Notes: generated by a model from the letters alone, not told the origin. DNA of 64,000 bases from Escherichia coli (GCF_046105845.1 NZ_CP151004.1); one strand, 5' to 3'. Numbered from the stretch's first letter, positions 48,828 to 59,314 are shown. Numbers and translations: made by a program.

Positions 48828-51800
48828 TCAGGAGGCGATCACCTCCACCAGCACATCCGTTGCCCAACTCTCTTCGCTGTTGGCGACATTCCCTTCCTTG
48901 CAGGCCTGAGCCATTTTGACTAACTGGAAAGAAACGTCATCGCGGAAATCAAAGTAATGCCATTGCGATGCAAAGTTGATGCGCCAGTAGCCCATCCCCT
49001 GATCGAAGCGGATCTTCAATACCTGACCATCATCAAAAGTCACCGTCAGTTTACGATGGTGAGGGATATCGCGCGGCGAGTCGAACACCGTCAGTTCTAC
49101 CGGCCTGCCCAGCGCAGCAGCAAACCACTGATCAGCGAAATCCTGAAAATCCGCTATGCTCATCCAGTCATGGAAAGGCCGGTTACCGGGGCGATCTTTA
49201 TCTTTAAATAGCGTATCCAGCGTCACTTCAGCGCCATCGGTCAGCTTTGTTTTTAGCGGTCTCAAAATTGATCCCAACAACGCCAGCGCAACCGGGTTTT
49301 GCAGATAGCGATCGGTATAGTGAACGCCGGTAATTCGCGTGTTATTCATCAGTGACTGCGCTTCTTCATGGTCGTTAAACAGCACGTCCCAGAAGCGTTG
49401 CCCAAACTGCGACAGTGGTCCATTCAACTGTTTGTGGATCTGAATGTCTTTGACCCGCTCGACAGCGTTGGCGGCTTTAGCCGGCAGAATAAATTCGTTC
49501 AGCTCTACCGTTTTATAGCCGAGACTACGTACCACCAGTTCGTCATTCAGGTGCCACTCCGGCCCCGGAATCGTTGCCTGCTGGCTACGAGAGGCCAGCG
49601 TCATCACGCGATCGGCAAAGGTGACCTGAGCAACGATCGGTAATTTCAAATCCTGTTCAACATGGCATAGCCGCACACCCAGCGCAGTAAATTGCGATAG
49701 TTCGTGCAACAGGTCCGGGTCATCCACTCCCGCAGGAATAACAAGATCGACCTCGACGTTGTCTTTTAGCCGATAGTTCTGAACCGCCGCGCGGAACTGA
49801 CGTGCGTATAAATCCCACTCATTGGGCGCGCCGGTCATCCACAGGGTGAGCTTTTCAGCGCCTTCGTTAATCGCCCGGCGAATCGTATCGCCAATGGCGC
49901 CAGGGCAGTAGCGGGCATCCGGCAGCGAGAATGTCTCTTCATCCGGTAAACCGATGTAATACGTGAAGTCATCGCCAAGCCAGGCCAGCGCCGCTTTGCG
50001 ATCCAGCAAATCGTGATCGTGGCGAGTCTGGGAATCAAGCAGGCATTCACTACATGCAGTCTCACAATGGCGGCAGCCTAACTGTTTCACCATTCCCTGC
50101 AATATAGCTTCAATGTGTACCGGTGCGCTGGAGGCAAAACCTGCACCACCGCTGATCACATCATAAAGCTGTACGGCTAATACCGATTGCCCATCCTCCA
50201 GTCTGACCGGACGTACAGAATAGCCGAGTTCTGCGGCGGAGATACCCAGAACGCCCGCCAGCGCCTGACGCAGAGCAACCGCCAGAGTCATGGCAACAAT
50301 CCGCCCCTCCTCTGTGTTATCTGGCAGATACTCGCCGTTTTGCGGTTTGCGCAGAACCATTTCAAAGACATCGGTGCGCGCCAGTGCGCCCAGGGTGACG
50401 TTCTTCATGAGTGCCGTCGAACCGGGGCAAATCAGACGATGATTCTGGCTATCGCGGTCCGCTTTACCCGGACGCGGTGGATAGTGAGCTTCCATGCTTT
50501 TCGGCGCATCATTTTCATTCAGCATCGACTCAGCACGGCCACAGCTCAGACACAATGCATAACCGTGTCCACCTTCCCCCAAACTTTGCTGGAAAACATG
50601 CCCATCAGCCCCAGAAGCCATATAACCCATTAGCGGGTTAGGCAACGGTACGGGCTCTGCTTTAACAAAGACCCACGCGGGGACAACCGGGACGAATTTC
50701 ATGGTTTCAATATTGTTCGTTACCGGAGCGTGTGCATCGGTGACAAACCCGGCAGGCTGCAGCACCTGACGGCGATTATCCATGATTATTTTTTCGCCGC
50801 AGGCGCTATTGGAGCAAAAGAGCATCCCGGAACTGCTCATCCCCTCTTCATAGCCAATGGTCCCGCATTTGTGACAGCGCCAGGCGCAATCCAGACGCTG
50901 GGCTTCATTGGTATCAGCATTAATGTTGTGCCAGTGCAGTGAGACACCGGCAGAGCGGAAGACACGGCCATCAAGAATGATCTCTGCTCCCGGTGCATAT
51001 TCACGAATGGCAACACCGAGGTTACGGGAAGGTAATCCTTTATAACGGGAGACGTTATCTTCACGGTCCTTTTTATCACGACTTTTTTGCGATTTTTCGC
51101 GGATATAATCTTCCATTGTGAAGTTATCAAACGTCACTACATCTGTCGGGAAACCGTATCCCGGCAAGAAGGTTCTGGCAGCTAGATCGCGCAGCAGATA
51201 CTCGCCACAGTGCCGTTTCTTCTCCAGCTCTATGCGCTTACGATAAGGCGTTTGCGGCTGCGACTCACGCTCCTGTGTCACGAGATCGCGATAAACGGAG
51301 AGCCACCGCTGCTGCAGGAAGGTGATCGCGTTGATTGTTTTATCCCGCAGATATTCGGCTCTTGCACCATGCAACGCCGTACCTTTCACCAGCCGTTCCA
51401 GCGCCGTGTCGATATCAAGAACAGGGCGTTCCAGCCAGACTTTGAAGCGTTCGCATTTTGACTGCCCGTCATCTTCACCGAAAAACCAGAGGCTATCGAG
51501 GCTGGTTTTCTCTTTATCGGTTTCGCCAATAACGTTACATAAAAAGTCGGACAGTAATAATGCATTGACGTGACGTTGCACCAGTCGGGCGGAGTTCATC
51601 GCGACCATGGGTGCCGGGATCATGGTTTCAAATGGCCAGAGCGGGTTGGCAAAAACCTGCTGGTCGTGTGGGTTACCTTTACATAGGGTGTAAGAGATCG
51701 CACGTGATTCTTTACTACGCCCGGCTCGCCCGGCGCGCTGTAAATAGTTGGCCGGATGTGGCGGTACGTTGTTCATTACCACCGCAGTAATGCCCCCGAT

Positions 51801-54800
51801 ATCAACCCCCATTTCCATGGTGGTGGAACAGTTGAGAACATTTAGTTGCCCATTCTTGAACATCTTTTCATAGCTTTGCAGACGTTCTGACGACTGCTGG
51901 GCAGAGTGCTCGGCAGTGCGATAGTAGAAACCGCCTTCCACGACACGATCGTTGATGTCTGTCCAGACGTTTTCCGACCGCAATTGTGCGATCAGCGGAT
52001 CATTGCTGACCCAGTCGCGTGCTTTTGCCAGACCCTCTGCGTAGTCTTCCTGTGAACGATCCAGCTTCCAGATTTCCGGCATGGTGACTTTCTGCGCGAC
52101 AAAAGTGTCATATTGCGCCTGGGTAAGATGCTCGAACGAAATATGGGTAGGCAGATAAGGGGTTAAGCCTTTAAAAGCCGTATCCAGGATTTTATTGGTT
52201 ACCGGGCAAATCCAGGCATCCGTGATTAATGAAAAAGTCATATGCTCTTTCGGTAAATAAAAACGGTTGCCATCGGGTTTCAGTACTGCAAGCGGTCCGG
52301 TAAGTTGGGCCCATGCTTCTTTCAGCCATGTATTGATAATATCAATAGTCGCCGTATTGACGGTTTTGAATCCAGCCCCCAGCATCAGTAACTTCGCTAA
52401 ACGATGGGATACGTTGCCATTACGAATTTGAGGCCAGCGTCTGTTCTGATTATCTTCAGGATCTTTTGATTCCGGGTTACGGACGAATTTTGATGAAAAA
52501 CGGCTACCGATCCAGTTTTTCAGCTCATCATCCAGCTGTGTGAAGTTGCTCTCACGAACGTAATGATCCAGCGTAACTTTGAGAAAATCGCGCCAGTCAT
52601 CCAGCGTTAATCCTTTTTCCTGCCAGTGCAGAGGGATCTTATGTATTTTCTCCAGCCCCAGGTAACCAACCTGAACCAGCCCTTGTGTTTCCAGGCTGTT
52701 AGTCCGTTTAGGGCGACGCATGAATTCCCGGAATAACAACATTTCCGAAAGCTTTAGAGGCCCGCCGTTTTCATTAAACACTTCAGGCTTAAGATAATGG
52801 TTATATTGCAGAACCGGGCCACGGATATCGGCTCTCTCTTTAAGCTCGTTAACCATTTCTGTCCAGGTTCGGGATACCAGAGTAATTGCAGCTTTTCCAC
52901 CGATTGCAGACTGGTAAGCCTGTTCAAGCTGCTCGGCCTGCGCTTCTGATAATTTCGCTTGATCCGGCAATCCCCAGCTTCGATATTCTTCTGCCTGCTC
53001 ACGGGCTTGCTTTACCCTGGTCGCTAATTTTTCCAGATCGGCATTAGCGTTCGGCGCCGTGGGCGTTTGCGTTCGTTGATGCCAGCTCAGAATTTCGACT
53101 ACGCTTCCGCGTAAGCGACTACGTTCTGCTTCTTGCTGCATACGCACCGCCATCCGGGCTGTCCCTTGTCGACTATCCGTAAAGGTAATGAGTCGACGTC
53201 CTCGCCCTGGCAACGAATCTGGTCCGACGCCCTCTTTGCCTTCATCACTGGCAAAGTCCTGACAATACTCAAGAACGGTAGGCACGATGTTAGTAACGTA
53301 AAATGGCCCACCTAATAATGCACGCCGAAAGGGTTGTTTTCCGCTCATGCCTCGGTAGCCACAGCCGCTGGCGCTACAAACCTGTTCAATATCATTAATA
53401 ATCAGCGGAATGCTGTCATTATTAATAACGCCAATACGGCGCGTCTGACGGTCGAGGCGTTGTAGGGTATAGCCTGTCTCGCTGGTCTCTCCTGCGGCAA
53501 TAATCAACGGAGGCTGGAAACTGTTCTCTTTTTCGACTTTTTCCTCTGTAGTGTCATGTTCAACAGGTACTTCATCCTGCAAGGAGAACTCATCGCCACC
53601 TTTATTTTCCCATTGGACAAGTTTGCCCTTTTTGTCCTGCGCCAGAAGATGAGGCTCATTACAATCATTACAGAACGCCACTTCGTATACAGGGCTTCCA
53701 CAGTCACAATTTTGTCGCTGGTTCACATACACATAGCCAAAGGGCCAGCCTTTTTCGAGCGGTGTACCGTGCTTTAATCTGCAATCTTTATCAACACAAG
53801 CCCATATTCCCTGGGTATTACGCTGGAAGATATGCGCCCTGACTTTAAGAAATGCGGGATCCTTTGCATTAGGTTGAGTCCCTGAACAGACATCGATCCA
53901 ACGCAGTACTTCCTGCTGGCTGTAATGCTGTTTTGTCAGCACGTTTAACCGCTCTGTTATCTCATCCAGCTTCATCGGATTGGGCTGTTTGACCAACATC
54001 TCACGTATGTAACGCGCTTCGGGGGAATGCGTAAGCGCATAAAAGCGATCAGGACTTATACCTTTAATTTTATTATCATTTTTATCTCTTAGATCCAGAT
54101 CGGGTATTTGCTCTATTTCGTCTAACGGAAGAGAAACGTTTTTGGATGGTTCCAGTTCAGGAATCACCCGACTTCCGTCCAGAACATCGATGCGCTCCTT
54201 CGGGATACCGGATAATTCAGAGAGAAATTTTTTCAGCTGCTTTTCGACGTCGCTGCCGGCAATGGTCGCAGAGGTCGCTACAAAGCGCACATCATCTGGC
54301 GTCACGCCAAACGCTGTCATCACACGACGCAGCTGGAGCGCCAGTTCAGCGGCCTGCGACCCGACATAGGTATGCGCTTCATCCAGTACAATCCAGCGTA
54401 GTGATTTTTGTGCTTTGGATTGCTGGATAATCGGGGCGTCGACCTGGCGAACCATCATATATTCCAGCATCGTGCCGTTGGTCACCAGAATCGGGGCAGG
54501 TTCTTCACGCATTTTTTCGCGCGAGAGCACCTCATTCGGCCTTTTTGCCTGTTCGCTTTTTACCGAAGCGTGTAGGTTTTCGGTGTTACCGTTGTAAAGG
54601 CAGTAGCGGATCCCGGTACCAAAACCACGCGTCCAGGCATCCAGACGCTCGCGCTGTGAATTAATCAGGGCGTTCAATGGATAGAGAAAAAGGGCTCGGA
54701 CACCGACCAACGGATTGTTGCCATTTTCATGCAGTTCCCGGTAAAGATCTTCCAGCACCGGTACCATAAAACATTCCGTTTTACCTGAACCCGTACCACT

Positions 54801-55172
54801 GGTTACCACCACTGAATGTTTCTTTTCCAGCAAAGCTTTCCAACTGGCTAACTGGTGTGTAAAAGGCTTCCAGTCAGCACCAAATCGGTACCGGCCATTA
54901 CTCTGATCATCCAGTGAATCAACCACTGCTTTGCTCAACAATGCGTTGCCTTCCGTCAGACTGCGCATCGTGTGGTTTGACTCCTTCCAGCCAAACATTT
55001 GCTGGAATACCGGAGAAGCAAGGAATGAGCCCGGTTTCCCACAATCAGCCCCCATTTGTTGCGCGAGATGTTCACGCAGCTGCGGGTTGGTTACGCCCAT
55101 GATACTGAGCGTTGCTTCAGTTGAACGAGACAACGATTGTTCAATAAGTGACGAAAAATAGCGTGTAGTCAT
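48828..55172 (-). CDS. druE: 2114-aa DExH-box helicase with DUF1998/MrfA-type zinc module and ~400-aa C-terminal extension (DruE-like)
   Basis: It has GTGSGKT (aa 126-132), DEAH (263-266), SAT (301-303), [12 protein letters not shown] (661-672), [11 protein letters not shown] (1117-1127), QRAGRAGR (1145-1152) and the cysteine cluster [11 protein letters not shown] (1700-1710). AGGA-type SD, 12 nt after the upstream stop. The symbol is assigned from architecture and memory only. Confidence 0.8.
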   Translation of the reverse strand: MTTRYFSSLIEQSLSRSTEATLSIMGVTNPQLREHLAQQMGADCGKPGSFLASPVFQQMFGWKESNHTMRSLTEGNALLSKAVVDSLDDQSNGRYRFGADWKPFTHQLASWKALLEKKHSVVVTSGTGSGKTECFMVPVLEDLYRELHENGNNPLVGVRALFLYPLNALINSQRERLDAWTRGFGTGIRYCLYNGNTENLHASVKSEQAKRPNEVLSREKMREEPAPILVTNGTMLEYMMVRQVDAPIIQQSKAQKSLRWIVLDEAHTYVGSQAAELALQLRRVMTAFGVTPDDVRFVATSATIAGSDVEKQLKKFLSELSGIPKERIDVLDGSRVIPELEPSKNVSLPLDEIEQIPDLDLRDKNDNKIKGISPDRFYALTHSPEARYIREMLVKQPNPMKLDEITERLNVLTKQHYSQQEVLRWIDVCSGTQPNAKDPAFLKVRAHIFQRNTQGIWACVDKDCRLKHGTPLEKGWPFGYVYVNQRQNCDCGSPVYEVAFCNDCNEPHLLAQDKKGKLVQWENKGGDEFSLQDEVPVEHDTTEEKVEKENSFQPPLIIAAGETSETGYTLQRLDRQTRRIGVINNDSIPLIINDIEQVCSASGCGYRGMSGKQPFRRALLGGPFYVTNIVPTVLEYCQDFASDEGKEGVGPDSLPGRGRRLITFTDSRQGTARMAVRMQQEAERSRLRGSVVEILSWHQRTQTPTAPNANADLEKLATRVKQAREQAEEYRSWGLPDQAKLSEAQAEQLEQAYQSAIGGKAAITLVSRTWTEMVNELKERADIRGPVLQYNHYLKPEVFNENGGPLKLSEMLLFREFMRRPKRTNSLETQGLVQVGYLGLEKIHKIPLHWQEKGLTLDDWRDFLKVTLDHYVRESNFTQLDDELKNWIGSRFSSKFVRNPESKDPEDNQNRRWPQIRNGNVSHRLAKLLMLGAGFKTVNTATIDIINTWLKEAWAQLTGPLAVLKPDGNRFYLPKEHMTFSLITDAWICPVTNKILDTAFKGLTPYLPTHISFEHLTQAQYDTFVAQKVTMPEIWKLDRSQEDYAEGLAKARDWVSNDPLIAQLRSENVWTDINDRVVEGGFYYRTAEHSAQQSSERLQSYEKMFKNGQLNVLNCSTTMEMGVDIGGITAVVMNNVPPHPANYLQRAGRAGRSKESRAISYTLCKGNPHDQQVFANPLWPFETMIPAPMVAMNSARLVQRHVNALLLSDFLCNVIGETDKEKTSLDSLWFFGEDDGQSKCERFKVWLERPVLDIDTALERLVKGTALHGARAEYLRDKTINAITFLQQRWLSVYRDLVTQERESQPQTPYRKRIELEKKRHCGEYLLRDLAARTFLPGYGFPTDVVTFDNFTMEDYIREKSQKSRDKKDREDNVSRYKGLPSRNLGVAIREYAPGAEIILDGRVFRSAGVSLHWHNINADTNEAQRLDCAWRCHKCGTIGYEEGMSSSGMLFCSNSACGEKIIMDNRRQVLQPAGFVTDAHAPVTNNIETMKFVPVVPAWVFVKAEPVPLPNPLMGYMASGADGHVFQQSLGEGGHGYALCLSCGRAESMLNENDAPKSMEAHYPPRPGKADRDSQNHRLICPGSTALMKNVTLGALARTDVFEMVLRKPQNGEYLPDNTEEGRIVAMTLAVALRQALAGVLGISAAELGYSVRPVRLEDGQSVLAVQLYDVISGGAGFASSAPVHIEAILQGMVKQLGCRHCETACSECLLDSQTRHDHDLLDRKAALAWLGDDFTYYIGLPDEETFSLPDARYCPGAIGDTIRRAINEGAEKLTLWMTGAPNEWDLYARQFRAAVQNYRLKDNVEVDLVIPAGVDDPDLLHELSQFTALGVRLCHVEQDLKLPIVAQVTFADRVMTLASRSQQATIPGPEWHLNDELVVRSLGYKTVELNEFILPAKAANAVERVKDIQIHKQLNGPLSQFGQRFWDVLFNDHEEAQSLMNNTRITGVHYTDRYLQNPVALALLGSILRPLKTKLTDGAEVTLDTLFKDKDRPGNRPFHDWMSIADFQDFADQWFAAALGRPVELTVFDSPRDIPHHRKLTVTFDDGQVLKIRFDQGMGYWRINFASQWHYFDFRDDVSFQLVKMAQACKEGNVANSEESWATDVLVEVIAS

Positions 55173-55184
55173 CCTTATTCCTTT

Positions 55185-58100
55185 TTATTTTTTAGCAACA
55201 TAACGCAACAGGCTGCACTGAAAGATGGTCTTAAACCAGCGGGAATCGAAGTCCCTGACTTGCCTCAGGAAAAATACGGCACCGGGTTTACGGTCAAATA
55301 CAGCTTCAAAAGAAGTATTTCCGCTTGCCACAGCTGCAGCGAAGACGGGTAACCAGGCCACGGAATAGCGGTGATTTGCGTCAGGATTAATACCAATCAC
55401 TGGCTTTTTTTGTGACATCATCCATTTATACAGACGCTTGCAGCCATATTCAGGCCAGCGAGCTTCACTGTGCTCACGTAAAAGCTCCTGATACCACCCG
55501 TGGACACAAGATTCAGGAATAGACGGAGGGAGATATCCGTTACTTAACCATTTCTCAATTTCATCGGCATATGTCGGGAACACGAGCCCCAGCCGTTGAA
55601 ACATATTAGTAACCAGTAATTTCTGGGTTTCCTCCGGTGCACCTTTTTGGCTCAGGAACAATTTGAAACGCTCAGATGCAGCTTTGATCTCAAAGATGGG
55701 GAAAAACTCCCATAGAATAGGGAACTCATTCTCAATACGACTCAGGTACTCTGCTGACATTTCAAATTTGAAGAGCGACATTGCCAATGCCTGCGGATGC
55801 TGCACCAGTGCACGCCATACTTCAAAGGTTGCCAGTGGTAAATACCCGAATTGATCGTACAGGCTACGCATAAATTGCCAGCCGGAATGGGCAGGATCGT
55901 TAGCCATCTGTCCGAGAACCAGTGTGATGGTATTAACTTCTGCCTGTGGATTAAAAAGCTGGGTCGCTTTCTGCAATGAGCGGATGTTGCTTTCTTCTAC
56001 CGGTAACGAAGATTCGCCACGAATGAAGCAGGGACGAAAAGCCATCTCTTCACCCGGTTTAGGGACAACCAACCACGGTCCATTTTTGTTAACGATTGAG
56101 CTCAACTCATATTCACCGACAGGCACTCCCTCGCTCATTCTAGATGCTAAGGGAATGGATTTCCTCTCGGGTTCACTTAACAGCATGATAACGGGGGAAG
56201 GAATCTGCCCAGCACGATGGTTCACTGACTGGCTGAGTAATAGTTCTTTTTCATAATCATAGCGCAGGCTGTATTTATAGCGACGAATTTGCCAGGCCAT
56301 GACCACACCTGCCCCCGTAATACGCATCTCAACAACCTGATCAATACCTGCCTCAAGTGAAATCAGGTTCTCAATATGTTCGCGAAGACTATAGAGATTC
56401 AATTCAACAGGACGATCGCTCAACGCCGTATAACACCATTCATGCCATGCCTGTAATCCACTAACGGAGCGCAAATACAACTGCAATGTATATTTTGTCG
56501 GCTCACCATTTCTGGAGAACAGAAACGCTCTGGAACCCAGCAGATCATGCAGCGTAATGTTTTTATCCAGAGGACGTCCGTTTACATCAAGAGCGAGACA
56601 GCCTTTAGCGGGAAAAGGTAACTCAATGTCGATGGGGTCAGCCGCCAAATTAGGCAGAACTTGTAATGTAATAAATGCCGGAGGTACCCCTTCCGCTTTA
56701 AGTTGTATCTCTGTTCGCCCCTCAGTACGCTTACGTGTAGCCTCCAATGTTTTATCTTTAAGTTTTGCTACACAAGGATGCTGTGTGGTGATTAAGATAG
56801 TGCCTTCATTTGCGTGCATTCCACCTTTTATCTCAATACTGAAATCAGCAGGCAAGATACCGATTTTGCGACGCAAGAGCGTTTCATTGTTACTATTACG
56901 GATAGAAAGATATTGAGCCCCCAGCATCTCTTGTATATGACATTGCTCAATTGAAATTCCGCTCAGGTAACGCGTTACATCAATGCTTTGAATATCCGGT
57001 AGTGTAGAAATGACTTTTGGTACACCAATAAATGTTTCATCTGGATGACAAACCCAGCTTGCACGCTTTCCATTTAGAGCAAACCTTCCGATGCTGATTT
57101 GTTCTCTTCCGGTGCGAATCCGATAAGTTTCATTTGCTGTAACTGTAACGTCCTGACATCCCTTCACAGGTAGTGCTTTTAGTCCTAATACGTTTACTGC
57201 GCTCGATTGGCCATCAAAACCAGCAACATTGCTATTATCCCGAGGGAGTACAATCAGAACATCGCTGCTTCGCACACTGCAAGAAGCCTGTCCCTGTAAC
57301 AGCCATTGATCTGCATCAACGATGAAGGTTAACGGCACCTCACCAATGGCAATTTCACTGTCATCAAGTTTAATGCTCCCAACAATCATCCCTCCAGCAC
57401 GAGCCACTAATGACAAACCTGCCGATGGATTTTGCCTGACAAATCTCACTTCGCTTTTACGTAATCGAACTGTTGCCTGTCTGTTTTCCAGGGAAGCATA
57501 GGCTGGCCCAAGGCCAGAGACTTCCTCACCATCTTCACAAATGGCAAGTTCAAAGCGCGTAGTTGACGGCTCGCTTGTTACAGGAAAGGAAACTTCGTCC
57601 GGAAGAGATACTATCACCCTAAGCTCATCTGGATGCTTTTCTGACCAATAGAATTGGCAACGCGTACTCTTATTTTTTTGTAGTCGAGGCTTAGCCTCTA
57701 CAGAGGCTGCGCATAGCAGTCCATTCAAAAAATGCGTTCCTGTTTCATCATCTAACGGTATTGGAAACTCGCTTCGCCAGGTAGGGTGAACCTTCTCAAG
57801 CTGTTGTACTGGTTCTTTGTGATTTATTAGGTTGTGAGTAAGTACTAAGGAATTGAGGTTATCAGCCATATGACTGATAAGTTCTACAGAGGTATCTTCG
57901 CTAAAAACAGTTGGCAGCGCTGATTTTTCTATGACAGCTCTTGCCAGCGAAAGGGCAGAAAAACCTGACTGCTTTGCTTGCTCATATTGTCCAAGGATCC
58001 TGGAGAAAACAGCCAGAAAGCGACTGTCTGATTCTTTGAGTAGCCGGAAAGGTAAACCACCTTCACTGAATAATGTTCCGAGAAAATTGCGTCGTTCAGA

Positions 58101-58475
58101 TTCATAAAATCGAATTGGGCGCAGCCAGTAATCTTCCATCCCTTTCGGTACGATAGTACCAAGCTCTGTGGCGGTGAATGAAATCCCTATTTTTTTATAT
58201 ATAGGGTCCCACGTCCATCCGCATTGCCGTTCATAATCCCTGCGGTACCACTCAGAGCAAAAAAGAACAAAACAGGCAGCAAAGTCCCTATTACATATAT
58301 TAGATTGTGATTGATCGACCGCACGGAGTAGCTGCGTTAATTGGGTATATTCATCATTGGTTGCATGATATTCATAAAGAGGACGGCCATCCGGTTGTCT
58401 CAACCCTCTAAGATTCACAAAGTTACTTAGCCAGGAAGTACATTTTACCCATGAAATGTATTCTGATTGACCCAA
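55185..58475 (-). CDS. druH: ~1100-aa protein of unknown function, operon partner of the helicase (DruH-like; STY4851/ECs_5259-type from memory)
   Basis: The long ORF has no recognisable catalytic motif. The preferred start is TTG 58475, 6 nt after AAGGAG (58482-58487). The ORF-track start GTG 58523 has no SD. There is no in-frame ATG near the 5-prime end. Confidence 0.75.
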   Translation of the reverse strand: MGQSEYISWVKCTSWLSNFVNLRGLRQPDGRPLYEYHATNDEYTQLTQLLRAVDQSQSNICNRDFAACFVLFCSEWYRRDYERQCGWTWDPIYKKIGISFTATELGTIVPKGMEDYWLRPIRFYESERRNFLGTLFSEGGLPFRLLKESDSRFLAVFSRILGQYEQAKQSGFSALSLARAVIEKSALPTVFSEDTSVELISHMADNLNSLVLTHNLINHKEPVQQLEKVHPTWRSEFPIPLDDETGTHFLNGLLCAASVEAKPRLQKNKSTRCQFYWSEKHPDELRVIVSLPDEVSFPVTSEPSTTRFELAICEDGEEVSGLGPAYASLENRQATVRLRKSEVRFVRQNPSAGLSLVARAGGMIVGSIKLDDSEIAIGEVPLTFIVDADQWLLQGQASCSVRSSDVLIVLPRDNSNVAGFDGQSSAVNVLGLKALPVKGCQDVTVTANETYRIRTGREQISIGRFALNGKRASWVCHPDETFIGVPKVISTLPDIQSIDVTRYLSGISIEQCHIQEMLGAQYLSIRNSNNETLLRRKIGILPADFSIEIKGGMHANEGTILITTQHPCVAKLKDKTLEATRKRTEGRTEIQLKAEGVPPAFITLQVLPNLAADPIDIELPFPAKGCLALDVNGRPLDKNITLHDLLGSRAFLFSRNGEPTKYTLQLYLRSVSGLQAWHEWCYTALSDRPVELNLYSLREHIENLISLEAGIDQVVEMRITGAGVVMAWQIRRYKYSLRYDYEKELLLSQSVNHRAGQIPSPVIMLLSEPERKSIPLASRMSEGVPVGEYELSSIVNKNGPWLVVPKPGEEMAFRPCFIRGESSLPVEESNIRSLQKATQLFNPQAEVNTITLVLGQMANDPAHSGWQFMRSLYDQFGYLPLATFEVWRALVQHPQALAMSLFKFEMSAEYLSRIENEFPILWEFFPIFEIKAASERFKLFLSQKGAPEETQKLLVTNMFQRLGLVFPTYADEIEKWLSNGYLPPSIPESCVHGWYQELLREHSEARWPEYGCKRLYKWMMSQKKPVIGINPDANHRYSVAWLPVFAAAVASGNTSFEAVFDRKPGAVFFLRQVRDFDSRWFKTIFQCSLLRYVAKK

Positions 58476-58973
58476 AGCAAGCTCCTTAGAGATAAAAGAT
58501 ACAAAAACAAAACCCCACAACACTTCTAATTTGAAAGAAAACTTTTCAAAATATCGTATAATTAATCAGGCGGCAACAACTAATTTTTCAGGTCGGTACT
58601 ATAAATTAATTTTAGATAAAAATGATATCAACCATCTATTAATCACAACTCATTTATCACCTGGTTTTATAATTTCAAATGAAAATAAATCTCAAACAAT
58701 CAAAAAGTATGCAGTAGCTAACATTTAACTTTCCAGGATATAAAACAATTAGAGAAACTGCACAATAGCGAATAATGAAAGTTGTAAAGTCAGTCAAAAA
58801 ACACAAGCAATCAGTGTGCGTTTTTTGACCGTTATCGACATGAGTTTAAAGAGTTTAGTGAAGAAGATATTCCTGTACACTCCATACCTATTGATGAATT
58901 GTCTCGGGAAAATTTTTATAACTTAATTTAAAAACATAAAAACGTTTTATTATATATAAATCTATACCCCCCC

Positions 58974-59138
58974 TCACTCCACATCCTCCCTGCGTAACCC
59001 AATATCCCTCAACCGCTCATCACTCATCTGCTGTAACACCCGCCGGGCCTGCATTTGCCGCCGCCAACGCCTCACTGCCTGCCAGAGTTGCACAAGTCCA
59101 ATAAACGGTGCTTTAGCTTTGTTTTCGTGAAATTCCAT
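58974..59138 (-). CDS. yjiS: DUF1127 small protein YjiS (54 aa; below ORF-track cutoff)
   Basis: My own translation of the minus strand is MEFHENKAKAPFIGLVQLWQAVRRWRRQMQARRVLQQMSDERLRDIGLRREDVE. There is a GAGGAGG SD 6 nt upstream. Confidence 0.8.
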   Translation of the reverse strand: MEFHENKAKAPFIGLVQLWQAVRRWRRQMQARRVLQQMSDERLRDIGLRREDVE

Positions 59139-59314
59139 CTGCTGCCTCCTCATCTTTCAGAGGCTTCATCATCCGTCTTCTGGCAGTTCACAATACAGAT
59201 GCAAATATTAGTTTTATTTAACATACAGACAGGTTAAAACAGCATCTGCATCCGGTTTTTTAGCCTCATCTGTACCGGTTTTTCTCTCTGTATGGTCCAA
59301 ATAAGGAACACAGC

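Larger units (their letters stand above)
37843..58523. other. Immigration control region / defence island (mrr, hsdRMS, symER, mcrBC, giant helicase pair)
   Basis: Five adjacent restriction, toxin or defence modules lie between the conserved genes yjiA and yjiS. Confidence 0.85.

Noticed and set aside
58531-58728. 65-codon plus-strand ORF upstream of the partner gene
   Set aside because: It is an extremely AT-rich, Asn/Ile/Lys-rich translation without an SD. It is more likely promoter or silencer DNA.
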